From a virus (Duplodnaviria; Caudoviricetes): a stretch of 42,384 nt of DNA. The position numbers and the translations under genes are program-made. The stretch is taken from positions 1-42,384 of the IMG/VR virus record IMGVR_UViG_3300025018_000041. One strand, 5' to 3'. Numbering within the stretch: the first letter of the stretch is position 1; every line of letters begins with the position of its first letter. Below are positions 1-7,746 of the stretch, one piece after another. A model generated the notes under the pieces. The model saw nothing but the letters and a program-made list of their open reading frames with translations, had not been told where the DNA came from and searched no databases.

Positions 1-60
1 AGCACTTTCAACTCGTTCTGTACCCCCAAACAGGACGGAACGAGTTGAAAGTGCTTTTTT
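1..60 (+). terminator. Long hairpin followed by a U-tract (intrinsic terminator; also at 42255-42317)
   Basis: agcactttcaactcgttc / gaacgagttgaaagtgct perfect inverted repeat followed by tttttt. Confidence 0.7.
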
Positions 61-127
61 GTTTAAGCGGTGAAGAGGAAATCCTATGAGGTGTTGTATC
101 GGACTGGCCGAGTTCGAGCGAATAGCA
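1..127. repeat. Terminal direct repeat (copy 1), identical to 42258-42384; circular or terminally redundant genome
   Basis: The first 127 nt match the last 127 nt exactly; 127 is a common assembler k-mer length. Confidence 0.95.
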
Positions 128-440
128 CCAATCGGCTGGAAATCTCTTCACCGCCTAGACCGAAAGGTTTAGATAGCAAGGTTGCGCTAACCCACATTTT
201 CCCGAAAGGGTTTGGCTAATAAAAATGTGCTTAACGAGCGCCCCCAACACGGATACTTACACTCACGGAACGCTTTTAAGAATTTTCGCTCGCCGATTTT
301 TCTTAAAAGTGAATGCAGAAAACTCCGAAACGCAAAGAACTCCAAGACTTGGACTTTTTCCAAGGGAGAGCCGAACCCCAACACCCATTCCAGAGAGAAG
401 CAACGGCTTGGGGTAGGTGGATTGGGGCGTAGCCCTACGG
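67..440 (+). ncRNA. Candidate large structured RNA or origin-associated element (family unknown)
   Basis: Stems gcggtgaagag/ctcttcaccgc (67-153), ctagacc-GAAA-ggtttag, ccc-GAAA-ggg, cttttaagaa/ttcttaaaag and accccaa/ttggggt; GNRA loops and G-U pairs; no credible ORF. Confidence 0.45.
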
Positions 441-472
441 GTGGACAAGTGGACAAGTGGACAAGTAGACAA
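441..472. repeat. Tandem 8-bp repeat GTGGACAA x3 + GTAGACAA (reverse TTGTCCAC, DnaA-box-like)
   Basis: Read directly; ends 1 nt before the ATG at 474. Confidence 0.85.
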
Positions 473-473
473 T

Positions 474-1247
474 ATGGAACTAAATAAAATAATAAACGGC
501 GACTGTCTTGAAGTGATGAAGTCTATGTCTGGTAAATCGGTGGATTTAACCGTTACTTCTCCGCCCTACGACAATCTTCGTGATTACAAAGGCTATTCGT
601 TTGATTTTGAGGGCATAGCTAAAGAGTTGTTTCGGGTAACGAAAGACGGCGGAGTGGTCGTGTGGGTGGTTGGCGACCAAACGATAAAAGGAAGCGAAAG
701 CGGAACGAGTTTTAGACAAGCGTTATTTTTCAAAGAGTGCGGCTTTAATCTACACGATACGATGATATGGGAACGACGAACGACTCCGCAGAACAGCAAT
801 CGTTATGAGCCAGCATTTGAATATATGTTTATTTTTTCTAAAGGTTCTCCGAATTGTTTTAATCCAATCCGGTCAAAGCGTTTATATGTTGACCGGCGAC
901 TAGAAAAAACATTTCATAGAGATAATAAAGATGAAAATAGTTTTAATATAAATCAATTCCAGCAACAAGAAATGGTAGTGCTTGGGAATGTTTGGAAAAT
1001 ACCAAATCGCGGGAATGATGATATTGCACACAGACATCCAGCAATCTTCCCAGAACGCCTTGCCGCCAACCACATCATCTCTTGGAGCAATAAAGGAGAT
1101 TTAGTCTTTGACCCTATGTGCGGTAGCGGGACTACTTTGAAAATGGCGAAAATAAATAACCGAAACTATCTAGGTATAGAAATATCCCCTGAATACTGCA
1201 AGATAGCCGAGGAGCGATTAAAGTCGGTAACTAAAATGATGTTCTGA
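474..1247 (+). CDS. DNA methyltransferase, N4-cytosine/N6-adenine, beta class
   Basis: Motif IV TSPPY precedes HPAIFP and motif I DPMCGSGTT; GDCLEVM N-terminus; ATG 474 preferred over 417. Confidence 0.92.
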   Translation: MELNKIINGDCLEVMKSMSGKSVDLTVTSPPYDNLRDYKGYSFDFEGIAKELFRVTKDGGVVVWVVGDQTIKGSESGTSFRQALFFKECGFNLHDTMIWERRTTPQNSNRYEPAFEYMFIFSKGSPNCFNPIRSKRLYVDRRLEKTFHRDNKDENSFNINQFQQQEMVVLGNVWKIPNRGNDDIAHRHPAIFPERLAANHIISWSNKGDLVFDPMCGSGTTLKMAKINNRNYLGIEISPEYCKIAEERLKSVTKMMF

Positions 1248-1248
1248 T

Positions 1249-1371
1249 ATGAAAAAGCGTAAGTCAATCAAAATAGACTACGAAGACTGGCGAAAGCTCA
1301 AAGAAAAATCGCTCGCCGAAGAAAAACCCATTAAAGAAATAATTAACTCCCTCCTAAAAGAATTGATATGA
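1249..1371 (+). CDS. Small ribbon-helix-helix-like DNA-binding protein (40 aa; not in ORF track)
   Basis: MKKRKSIKIDYEDWRKLKEKSLAEEKPIKEIINSLLKELI; strand-helix-helix pattern; abuts neighbours. Confidence 0.55.
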   Translation: MKKRKSIKIDYEDWRKLKEKSLAEEKPIKEIINSLLKELI

Positions 1372-1481
1372 ACGACACCGACCGAGAACAATTTGACTTT
1401 GACCGTCCCGAGCGTTGCGAAGATTGCGGTCTTGAGAGTGAGCAGTGCAATTGTGATAAAGAGCTTGATGATGTTTTCTAA
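1368..1481 (+). CDS. Small acidic Cys-rich protein (37 aa; not in ORF track)
   Basis: MNDTDREQFDFDRPERCEDCGLESEQCNCDKELDDVF; ATGA overlap with the upstream gene. Confidence 0.5.
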   Translation: MNDTDREQFDFDRPERCEDCGLESEQCNCDKELDDVF

Positions 1482-1487
1482 AACGAT

Positions 1488-1772
1488 ATGAAACCTGAAA
1501 TTAAAGTCATAGAAGAAACAGTAGAAATTCTGGCTAAAAGAGATGGCCGGAAATGTCAGCGTTGTGGCGAGGTCGGCTACTTAACCGTAGACCACATTAT
1601 CCCTATGGCTGTGTTGGGTTTGTTTGGGATAGAACGCCGTGAGAGCTATAAAATGTATTCGGCTTTGCAATTATTGTGTCGCCCTTGCAACGCTATGAAA
1701 CGCGACCGAATAGATTGGCTAAACCCGAAGTCAAAAAAGATACTGCTAGCGTTGTTGGCAAAGATTAAATAA
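1488..1772 (+). CDS. HNH endonuclease
   Basis: RDGRKCQRCG...TVDHIIP...LQLLCRPCNAMK. Confidence 0.88.
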   Translation: MKPEIKVIEETVEILAKRDGRKCQRCGEVGYLTVDHIIPMAVLGLFGIERRESYKMYSALQLLCRPCNAMKRDRIDWLNPKSKKILLALLAKIK

Positions 1773-1874
1773 CTTATCCACTGTTTCCATTGCACAACGC
1801 AATGAACTATGCTAGAGTGAGAGTGATCAGAGAGGTTGAGGGCTGGGATGGCGAGGAAAAGTAAAATCAAAAAT

Positions 1875-2084
1875 ATGGACACACAAGGAACACGAGAGCT
1901 AACTGCGGGAGAAGTAGCTGTCGGTCTTACATTCAATCCGTCTGGTGATGAGCGAGTTGCGAAGCTAAAAGCTCTTTTTGCCGAAGCGTTTGACATCGTT
2001 GAGCAGTCAGTCCCAGCAGATGACGGAACGGTATTAAAAATACGTCCATTGATAGAGTTGATAACAATGGAAATTACAAATTAA
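1875..2084 (+). CDS. Phage protein with GLTFNPSG motif; possible Acb2/Tad1-like hairpin protein with divergent or truncated C-terminus
   Basis: GEVAVGLTFNPSGDERVAKLKALFAEAFD; ATG 1875 follows an A-rich leader; family link from recall only. Confidence 0.4.
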   Translation: MDTQGTRELTAGEVAVGLTFNPSGDERVAKLKALFAEAFDIVEQSVPADDGTVLKIRPLIELITMEITN

Positions 2085-2133
2085 ATAATTGTCGTTGGTC
2101 TACTCAAAAAGAGCAAATCAACAATAGTAGAAT

Positions 2134-2484
2134 ATGCAAAAAAAAATAACAGCACAGACGGTTAGACACGGTGAATTGATTTTAAGGAAAATAGATGCAT
2201 TACCAAAAGGAGCAGTATTAAAAGAGGAGGTGAAGGAAAAGATTTTAGCTTGGTCAGAAACTCATCATCACCACATCCTTAAAACCGAAACCAAAAAACC
2301 ATTCGGCATTTACACCTACGAGGGCAAAACCTACCTCGGAATTATTGAGAACGCAATGCTCGTCCACGCTAAGACTGGTCAAGATGTCCACGCACCTCAC
2401 AAAATAGCACCAGCCTTTTACGAGGTGGTAATTAAGAAAAGCTATAACTACTTTTCAAAAATTATGGAAAGGGTCAAAGACTGA
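2134..2484 (+). CDS. Conserved phage protein (RHGE...SETHHHH...H), usual partner of DUF6745-type proteins
   Basis: His-rich motif pattern; directly upstream of 2486-3586. Confidence 0.65.
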   Translation: MQKKITAQTVRHGELILRKIDALPKGAVLKEEVKEKILAWSETHHHHILKTETKKPFGIYTYEGKTYLGIIENAMLVHAKTGQDVHAPHKIAPAFYEVVIKKSYNYFSKIMERVKD

Positions 2485-2485
2485 T

Positions 2486-3586
2486 ATGACGAAAATCACT
2501 AAAATTACTCCAGAGCAGGAGGCGAAAATCCCTGAATACATTGAGAAGTGGGTTCGGTTAGCGAGCCAACCATTGAATAGAGAAAAAACAGTCAAGGTTA
2601 CAAAAGAATTATTCGGAGAAGACAAGACAGTTATCGTTGCCGAGTCGATTCAGAATGCGATAGATATTATTCGTTTTATTGTAGGCGGGAAAAAAGTGGA
2701 GTATAGCAGTCAGCTCTACAATCAGCTCGACAATCAGCTCTACAATCAGCTCGGCAGTCAGCTCTACAATCAGCTCGACAATCAGCTCTACAATCAGCTC
2801 GACAATCAGCTCGGCAGTCAGCTCGGCAGTCAGCTCTACAATCAGCTCTACAATCAGCTCGGCAGTCAGCTCGGCAGTCAGCTCTACAATCAGCTCTACA
2901 ATCAGCTCGGCAGTCAGCTCGGCAGTCAGCTCGACAATAAAATAAATTGGGCACGATACACAACACAATACTGGCTATCGTGGATTGGATATTACGACTA
3001 CGCTAAATTTATTGGTGTAAAGTTTGATACGAAAAAAATGCAGAGAATGGAAGAAATCCTGATGGCGATACCTTCCATTATTACGCTTGGTGATATCTTG
3101 CTTGTGATAGAAAATCCTGTTTGCAGGTGGGAGGATAGCAGACTACACAGCGACCAGCGACCGGCTATCGAATGGAAAGACGAAACAGGTATTTACCTGT
3201 TGGACGGTGTGAAGTTTGAGAAGGAGCTGTGGGAAAAAGTCGTGTCTAAAAAGATGACGTTCGGCGAGATTATGGCGATTGATATTTCTGACCAGCGAAC
3301 TGTTGCGCTAAAATACAATCCCGAAGCAATCATCAAGGAAAACGCTAAACTAGTACACAAAGACAACAGAAACAATGAGCTGTACCTGATTGAGGGGAAT
3401 AAGTTAAACGAAGAATTAGAGTTTCCCAAGATATGGTTTTTGAGAATGACTTGCCCGACTGGACGAGTGTTTGTTGAAGGCGTACCGCCGGAAGAAGCCG
3501 AGAAAAACCCTGACGCTGGTGCTATGCAGGCATTACTTTGCGGATTGAGTGTTTCCGAGTACGCAAGTATGAAATTGGAAAGTTAA
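2486..3586 (+). CDS. DUF6745-like protein with internal QLxx tetrapeptide repeats
   Basis: ITPEQEAKIPEYIEKW N-terminus; RLHSDQRPAIEWKDETGIYLLDGV; LRMTCPTGRVFVEGVPP. Confidence 0.7.
   Translation: MTKITKITPEQEAKIPEYIEKWVRLASQPLNREKTVKVTKELFGEDKTVIVAESIQNAIDIIRFIVGGKKVEYSSQLYNQLDNQLYNQLGSQLYNQLDNQLYNQLDNQLGSQLGSQLYNQLYNQLGSQLGSQLYNQLYNQLGSQLGSQLDNKINWARYTTQYWLSWIGYYDYAKFIGVKFDTKKMQRMEEILMAIPSIITLGDILLVIENPVCRWEDSRLHSDQRPAIEWKDETGIYLLDGVKFEKELWEKVVSKKMTFGEIMAIDISDQRTVALKYNPEAIIKENAKLVHKDNRNNELYLIEGNKLNEELEFPKIWFLRMTCPTGRVFVEGVPPEEAEKNPDAGAMQALLCGLSVSEYASMKLES
2711..2938 (+). repeat. In-frame 12-nt tandem array, 19 units of 3 variants (QLYN x8, QLGS x7, QLDN x4)
   Basis: cagctctacaat / cagctcggcagt / cagctcgacaat read directly. 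Confidence 0.95.
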
Positions 3587-3589
3587 AAT

Positions 3590-4036
3590 ATGCCCACCCC
3601 AAACAAAAAACTGAATAGCGACTGCAAACACCAAAAAGCCGCAAAGGAAAGTGGCGTAGAGATACCCGAAGGTCATACCTGTAGAGCGTGTTTTCCATCT
3701 GATACGCCATACAGGGAGGAGTTCCCCCCGAAGCTCTTTACAGGGTGCACCTGTGAACAAGATGAGCGAGATGGATTTAAGGATAATACCTATACGTATG
3801 GTTGTCCTGTCCACAAAGACTCCAGCACCCCCCTCAAAGACGAGCTAGGGTTCGTAGAAGATGTAGTAGACCACGTTCAATGGTTCAAGACGCTGACTCA
3901 CGCAGAGCAAGAGTCGTTCCGTCAGATTATCGTTTCCGCTTTTGAACGCCACACCGACTCCCTCCGCAAAGAAAACTCCGAACTAGCCGAAGATGTCCGT
4001 AGATTACTGTTAGAGGTTGAGGAATTAAAGAAATAA
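3590..4036 (+). CDS. Hypothetical Cys-rich protein with C-terminal coiled coil
   Basis: ORF in the co-oriented gene run; CTC...GCPVH. Confidence 0.6.
   Translation: MPTPNKKLNSDCKHQKAAKESGVEIPEGHTCRACFPSDTPYREEFPPKLFTGCTCEQDERDGFKDNTYTYGCPVHKDSSTPLKDELGFVEDVVDHVQWFKTLTHAEQESFRQIIVSAFERHTDSLRKENSELAEDVRRLLLEVEELKK
3959..4021 (+). repeat. 63-bp direct repeat, copy 1 (copy 2 at 4641-4703)
   Basis: 62/63 identical; both copies encode SLRKENSELAEDVRRLLLEVE. Confidence 0.93.
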
Positions 4037-4040
4037 AGAT

Positions 4041-4250
4041 ATGAAAAAGATAATTGTTTTAGCAGGTAGTAGATTAGAGTTTGAGCGATATTTAGATAAC
4101 AACGGTTTGACCGATAGCGAGGCAATCTATGGGTATGACGCCCACAGTATGGCTGGCATAGAAGCAAGTAAGATTGAGATTGTTGGAACATTCTGGGATA
4201 AGCACGACGCAGGAGAACTAAACCGTGAGGCACAATCAAGAGTTCGCTAA
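4041..4250 (+). CDS. Hypothetical protein
   Basis: 69-aa ORF with A-rich leader, tightly packed. Confidence 0.65.
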   Translation: MKKIIVLAGSRLEFERYLDNNGLTDSEAIYGYDAHSMAGIEASKIEIVGTFWDKHDAGELNREAQSRVR

Positions 4251-4274
4251 CGCATTAACCCTATCTAATAATTT

Positions 4275-4808
4275 ATGACCAAACACCTTAAAACCCCCAA
4301 GCCCGCCAGCGAGGAGAAGGAGTGCGAAAAATGTGCAGCAAACGACCCGCATCATACAAAAGAATTTTGGCACCCCAAGCCCGCCGGTAAGGAGAAGTGT
4401 TGCGTCTGCTATGGCAAAAAGCCAGAGATAGTTTCAAGCAACACGGGAATAATAGACGGGCATATCTGTTTCTGTCCCTGCCACACTAAGTCCGCCAGCA
4501 CAACTGTTCAGGTGCAAGGGGAGAATGACGAAAGTTGGAAAAAAGAATACTTAGAGATTGTTTCAGGTGTGTGTTGCGACGGTAAAGGTGTGATTGAGAG
4601 TTTTAACTTTGTTAAAGACTTACTCGCCTCTCAATCACAGTCCCTCCGCAAAGAAAACTCCGAACTAGCCGAAGATGTCCGTAGATTATTGTTAGAGGTT
4701 GAGCAGAAAGAGCAGGAACTCCGCAGAGAATTAGCAAAGGAGGTGGGGAAGGTGTGCGACGGTGAATGTAATAAATCCATCCCAGGATTAAACCAAAACG
4801 GGACTTGA
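4275..4808 (+). CDS. Hypothetical mosaic Cys-rich protein
   Basis: Repeated PKPAxxEKxC module starts; shares the 63-bp repeat. Confidence 0.6.
   Translation: MTKHLKTPKPASEEKECEKCAANDPHHTKEFWHPKPAGKEKCCVCYGKKPEIVSSNTGIIDGHICFCPCHTKSASTTVQVQGENDESWKKEYLEIVSGVCCDGKGVIESFNFVKDLLASQSQSLRKENSELAEDVRRLLLEVEQKEQELRRELAKEVGKVCDGECNKSIPGLNQNGT
4641..4703 (+). repeat. 63-bp direct repeat, copy 2
   Basis: Matches 3959-4021 with one silent CTG/TTG change. Confidence 0.93.
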
Positions 4809-4832
4809 CAGGATTTACCAGTATGCTATACT
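4805..4832 (+). promoter_or_regulatory. Sigma70-type promoter, probably giving a leaderless mRNA
   Basis: TTGACA-16 nt-TATACT with TG extension; ATG 7 nt downstream. Confidence 0.7.
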
Positions 4833-4839
4833 TACTGAT

Positions 4840-5028
4840 ATGAAGATACATTGTCATCAGTGCGGAGCTTCAAAAATAATTAAGAAAGAAAGTTTTAGTA
4901 GAAGCAATCAAGAAGTATATTGTTATTGCAATCCCAATGTTCCTACTTGGATGAGCTACGAAACTAAAGAGCAAGCCGATAGGTTTTTTAAGAAAATTGT
5001 TGGTAAGTTCGGAATGATAAAAATATGA
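4840..5028 (+). CDS. Small Zn-ribbon-like hypothetical protein
   Basis: CHQC...CYC; follows the promoter directly. Confidence 0.6.
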   Translation: MKIHCHQCGASKIIKKESFSRSNQEVYCYCNPNVPTWMSYETKEQADRFFKKIVGKFGMIKI

Positions 5029-5189
5029 AAATCAGACTAGCAAAAAGTACAGATAAGCAGATTGGAAACTTGCGTGTATCGTCAGAGGTTTTTGATAAGC
5101 TAGAAAGTATCGCCAAGAAAAAAGGTGTTAGCAAGCAAGAAGTTGTACGGGCTATTCTTGACCAGATAATTAACGAGGTGGAAGTTTGA
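5025..5189 (+). CDS. Ribbon-helix-helix (CopG/Arc-like) regulator (54 aa; not in ORF track)
   Basis: NLRVSSEVFDKLESIAKKKGVSKQEVVRAILDQ; ATGA overlap with 4840-5028. Confidence 0.75.
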   Translation: MKIRLAKSTDKQIGNLRVSSEVFDKLESIAKKKGVSKQEVVRAILDQIINEVEV

Positions 5190-5335
5190 TGTCATACCCG
5201 GACGGGTGGACAGAGGGTTTAAGCGACAGTCAGAGGTACAAGACACTAGGCAACGGAGTCGTAAGTAATGTCGTGGAGGAAGTTGTCCGTGGTCTCCTAG
5301 AAGGTTTCATCGCGGTTAAGAGTAAGGATAATTAA
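5189..5335 (+). pseudogene. C-terminal remnant of a C5-cytosine DNA methyltransferase (motifs IX-X)
   Basis: MSYPDGWTEGLSDSQRYKTLGNGVVSNVVEEVVRGLL matches the FPDxW...QRYKxLGNxV pattern; no catalytic PCQ part seen. Confidence 0.75.
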
Positions 5336-5345
5336 CAAAGAATAT

Positions 5346-5549
5346 ATGCAAGACAAAAAACGAAAAATCCTGAAAGAAGCGTGTATGGCCGGAGTCTTTG
5401 AAAGAGATATCGCCTCCGCTTTTGGTGTTAGCCGTCAAGCCATAAATCAATACTTGGTAAACCACGGCATTTGGAACGATCTGGAAAACAGGCGACTGCG
5501 AGCCACCGAAAAGATGAAAAAAGAGGTCAAAGGGTTATCCACAGTTTAG
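5346..5549 (+). CDS. Helix-turn-helix DNA-binding protein
   Basis: ERDIASAFGVSRQAINQY. Confidence 0.75.
   Translation: MQDKKRKILKEACMAGVFERDIASAFGVSRQAINQYLVNHGIWNDLENRRLRATEKMKKEVKGLSTV
5535..5543 (+). promoter_or_regulatory. Perfect DnaA box TTATCCACA
   Basis: Exact consensus at a gene end; TTATCCACT variants at 1774, 8841, 39704 and 42060. Confidence 0.5.
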
Positions 5550-5627
5550 TCGCATTATATCTTGCAGTATGCAATACTGATAAGGCAATCAAAAAGGTCG
5601 GACAAAATAATTAACTAAACAAAAACA

Positions 5628-5789
5628 ATGGGAGGTAATCTTCATAGACTTGGATTAGCGATGTGCGGAGTAGGACTATTGCATATCGGGGCATTACTAC
5701 AAAATGAATATCCGCTATCGGCTCTACTAAACGTGTTCTTTGCCGGAGTATTACTCTGGCTGATGGTTGCGGATAAATTAGAGGATTAA
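5628..5789 (+). CDS. Small two-helix membrane protein (53 aa; not in ORF track)
   Basis: MGGNLHRLGLAMCGVGLLHIGALLQNEYPLSALLNVFFAGVLLWLMVADKLED; A-rich leader. Confidence 0.6.
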   Translation: MGGNLHRLGLAMCGVGLLHIGALLQNEYPLSALLNVFFAGVLLWLMVADKLED

Positions 5790-5820
5790 AAATCAGTGCA
5801 AATTAAAAAATGAGTGCAGA

Positions 5821-5863
5821 CGGGGGAATTCTAGGTTCAGCACTGATGCCTAGAAACTCCCCG
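5821..5863. other. Intergenic hairpin
   Basis: cgggg...ttctagg / cctagaa...ccccg. Confidence 0.5.
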
Positions 5864-5879
5864 CCTAGATAAAAACGTT

Positions 5880-6056
5880 ATGAACTACGCAAGAGAAGAT
5901 TGCGAGATGTGTGAGGGTACAGGTATCTTATTTACTCCGGCCCGGCAAGTAGCTGGCAATATCGTGGATGAGCAAGAATTTGAGTGCTTATGCGTGCGCC
6001 AGAACAGAGCCGAAATGGAGGGTGAAATGCAAATGGAAACATTAAGAGGTAATTAA
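5880..6056 (+). CDS. Small Zn-finger protein, CxxCxGxG...CxC (58 aa; not in ORF track)
   Basis: MNYAREDCEMCEGTGILF...ECLCVRQ. Confidence 0.65.
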   Translation: MNYAREDCEMCEGTGILFTPARQVAGNIVDEQEFECLCVRQNRAEMEGEMQMETLRGN

Positions 6057-6060
6057 AAAT

Positions 6061-6291
6061 ATGAAGAATTTTAATCAGCTTCTTCTAAAATACTTGGAAG
6101 ATATCAAAAAAGAACTTGAGGAAAAAGGATTTATCCCAACGCTTGAAATTGCCATAGAGCAACTTAAAGAGAGTATGGTAGAAAAAGAAATTCCGAAGTG
6201 TGTTGTGGAGGGGTGCGATAATGTCGGGCACGTCAATCGTGGCGATAATAACTGGTGCCATGCTCACTCCAAAATAATAGTAAATAAATAA
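6061..6291 (+). CDS. Hypothetical protein with C-terminal CxxxxC...CxxH
   Basis: ORF track; tight packing. Confidence 0.6.
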   Translation: MKNFNQLLLKYLEDIKKELEEKGFIPTLEIAIEQLKESMVEKEIPKCVVEGCDNVGHVNRGDNNWCHAHSKIIVNK

Positions 6292-6295
6292 AAAT

Positions 6296-7063
6296 ATGAA
6301 GATAGAAAATAAAGAGTTTATCACCAAAGATGGAGTTAAGATGGCGCGAGTCACCACCGCGGATGAACGCTGGTATGGAAAGCGAAACGAAGAAGGCGAA
6401 GTCATCAGGTGGGTGCCGTCCGTTACTTGGATTTGCGGATATTATCCAAAGGGTATTCAGTTTTATAAGTGGTTGGCTGAAAAGGGTTGGGACGAAAGCC
6501 AAGCAATTAAAAACGCCGCCGGTGATAAAGGTAGCAAGGTTCACAACGCCATTGAGTCCCTTTTGCAAGGCGAGGAGGTTAAAATTGACGACAAGTTTGT
6601 CAATAACTCTAAAGGAGAGACGGAAGAGCTGACTACCGAAGAATACGAAGCCATTATGAGTTTTCAAGATTGGTTCAATGAGGCGAAGCCAAAAATCCTA
6701 AGCGTAGAGTTTAATGTTTTCAGCGATGAGCATAACTACGCTGGAACAGTAGACTTTTTGTGCGAGATTGAGGGCGAGGTGTGGCTGATAGATTTCAAGA
6801 CCAGTCAGAGCGTCTGGCCGGAATACGAGCTTCAGGTATCGGCGTATAAGCACGCCGTAGAGCAGAAAATAGACAAGCTCGGTATTTTACAGGTCGGTTA
6901 CCGCAAGAATAAGAAAAACTACAAGCTCAACGAAGTAGAAGACAAGTTTGAGTTATTCCTATCCGCACAGAAAATCTGGGCGAACGAGCAAGCTGGCGTA
7001 GAACCTAAGCAACGAGATTATCCGATGAGCTTAAAGCTGGAGGGAGTCAAAAAAAGTAAATAA
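6296..7063 (+). CDS. PD-(D/E)XK exonuclease (Cas4/RecB-like phage recombination nuclease)
   Basis: PSVT; GSKVH; E...YAGTVD...LIDFKTS...LQVSAY. Confidence 0.88.
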   Translation: MKIENKEFITKDGVKMARVTTADERWYGKRNEEGEVIRWVPSVTWICGYYPKGIQFYKWLAEKGWDESQAIKNAAGDKGSKVHNAIESLLQGEEVKIDDKFVNNSKGETEELTTEEYEAIMSFQDWFNEAKPKILSVEFNVFSDEHNYAGTVDFLCEIEGEVWLIDFKTSQSVWPEYELQVSAYKHAVEQKIDKLGILQVGYRKNKKNYKLNEVEDKFELFLSAQKIWANEQAGVEPKQRDYPMSLKLEGVKKSK

Positions 7064-7075
7064 TTACATAAAACT

Positions 7076-7540
7076 ATGCAAACAAAACAAGCGATACAAA
7101 CAAGTGCAAATGTTATCCGAATAACATCAATTTCTGCGGGAGATGTCTACAAGAGATTTGATGAGAGCTATGATGACCGAGTTTATTTGGGGGTTGTGCA
7201 AGCAGTACATAATGACGGGGAAAAAACTATCATTGAGGCGATAGAATATAACGCCAGATATTCCTCGCTAGATGTTGATTATAAGGTAATGCGAGGCGAA
7301 AAAGAGTATATTCTATTCCCCGCTACACCAGAGGAATTAAGTCTAGAATTAGCAAAGGCTAAGAGAATGAAAGAGCGAGAAATTGAGGAGGCGGAAGATA
7401 AAATTGCTAAAAATAGAAAACTTCTAGGCGAGATAGAAGGGATGATTAGTGGTGAGAAATTAAAGGAACTAAAGTCTGCAAGCTATAAGGAAATCAGCCA
7501 AGTTGAATACTCAAGAAAAGTAGCGGAACTTAATGCGTAA
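7076..7540 (+). CDS. Hypothetical protein with C-terminal coiled coil
   Basis: 154-aa ORF with A-rich leader. Confidence 0.7.
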   Translation: MQTKQAIQTSANVIRITSISAGDVYKRFDESYDDRVYLGVVQAVHNDGEKTIIEAIEYNARYSSLDVDYKVMRGEKEYILFPATPEELSLELAKAKRMKEREIEEAEDKIAKNRKLLGEIEGMISGEKLKELKSASYKEISQVEYSRKVAELNA

Positions 7541-7549
7541 TAACTAAGG

Positions 7550-7744
7550 TTGAGAGATAAAGAAATGAAAAGAAAAGAACTTTACAAGAAAGCCCAATGG
7601 CACACGCAAATAGAGTTGTATAAAATCTTGATTGAAACGAGAAGTGAAGTTGCTGGAATCCCTATTTGGAAAGTGGCCTTAGCCATAAAAGACACTTGGC
7701 ACAAAAGCGAAGTGGAAGCACTGGTTGAGGAATTGGAAAAATAG
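7550..7744 (+). CDS. Hypothetical protein (start may be ATG 7565)
   Basis: Fills the gap in the gene run. Confidence 0.55.
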   Translation: MRDKEMKRKELYKKAQWHTQIELYKILIETRSEVAGIPIWKVALAIKDTWHKSEVEALVEELEK

Positions 7745-7746
7745 TT

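Noticed and set aside
1-127. Biological terminal repeat
   Set aside because: An exact 127-nt overlap fits an assembler k-mer; it supports circularity but not physical genome ends
310-350. c-di-GMP-I riboswitch (ACGCAAAG)
   Set aside because: Lacks the GGCAAACC/P1 architecture; only a short word match
187-487. Short ORFs 187-456, 212-487, 225-416, 263-472 and the 417 start extension
   Set aside because: Mutually overlapping, no recognisable motifs, and within a hairpin-rich region
474-1772. Type II restriction-modification pair (MTase plus HNH)
   Set aside because: The genes are separated by two unrelated ORFs and the HNH is a minimal 94-aa phage type; orphan MTases are common in phages
2711-2938. 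CRISPR array
   Set aside because: Contiguous 12-nt units with no unique spacers, in frame within a CDS; the 6296 nuclease is a stand-alone phage PD-(D/E)XK enzyme with no cas operon
2609-2968. Minus-strand ORFs (ELIV/ELTA and CRAD repeats)
   Set aside because: Shadows of the tandem repeat on the + strand
3959-4703. Diversity-generating retroelement TR/VR pair
   Set aside because: The only difference is one silent C/T change, not adenine-specific, and no reverse transcriptase is present
5195-5320. tRNA-like element
   Set aside because: No cloverleaf or TTCGA arm; better explained as a C5-methyltransferase fragment
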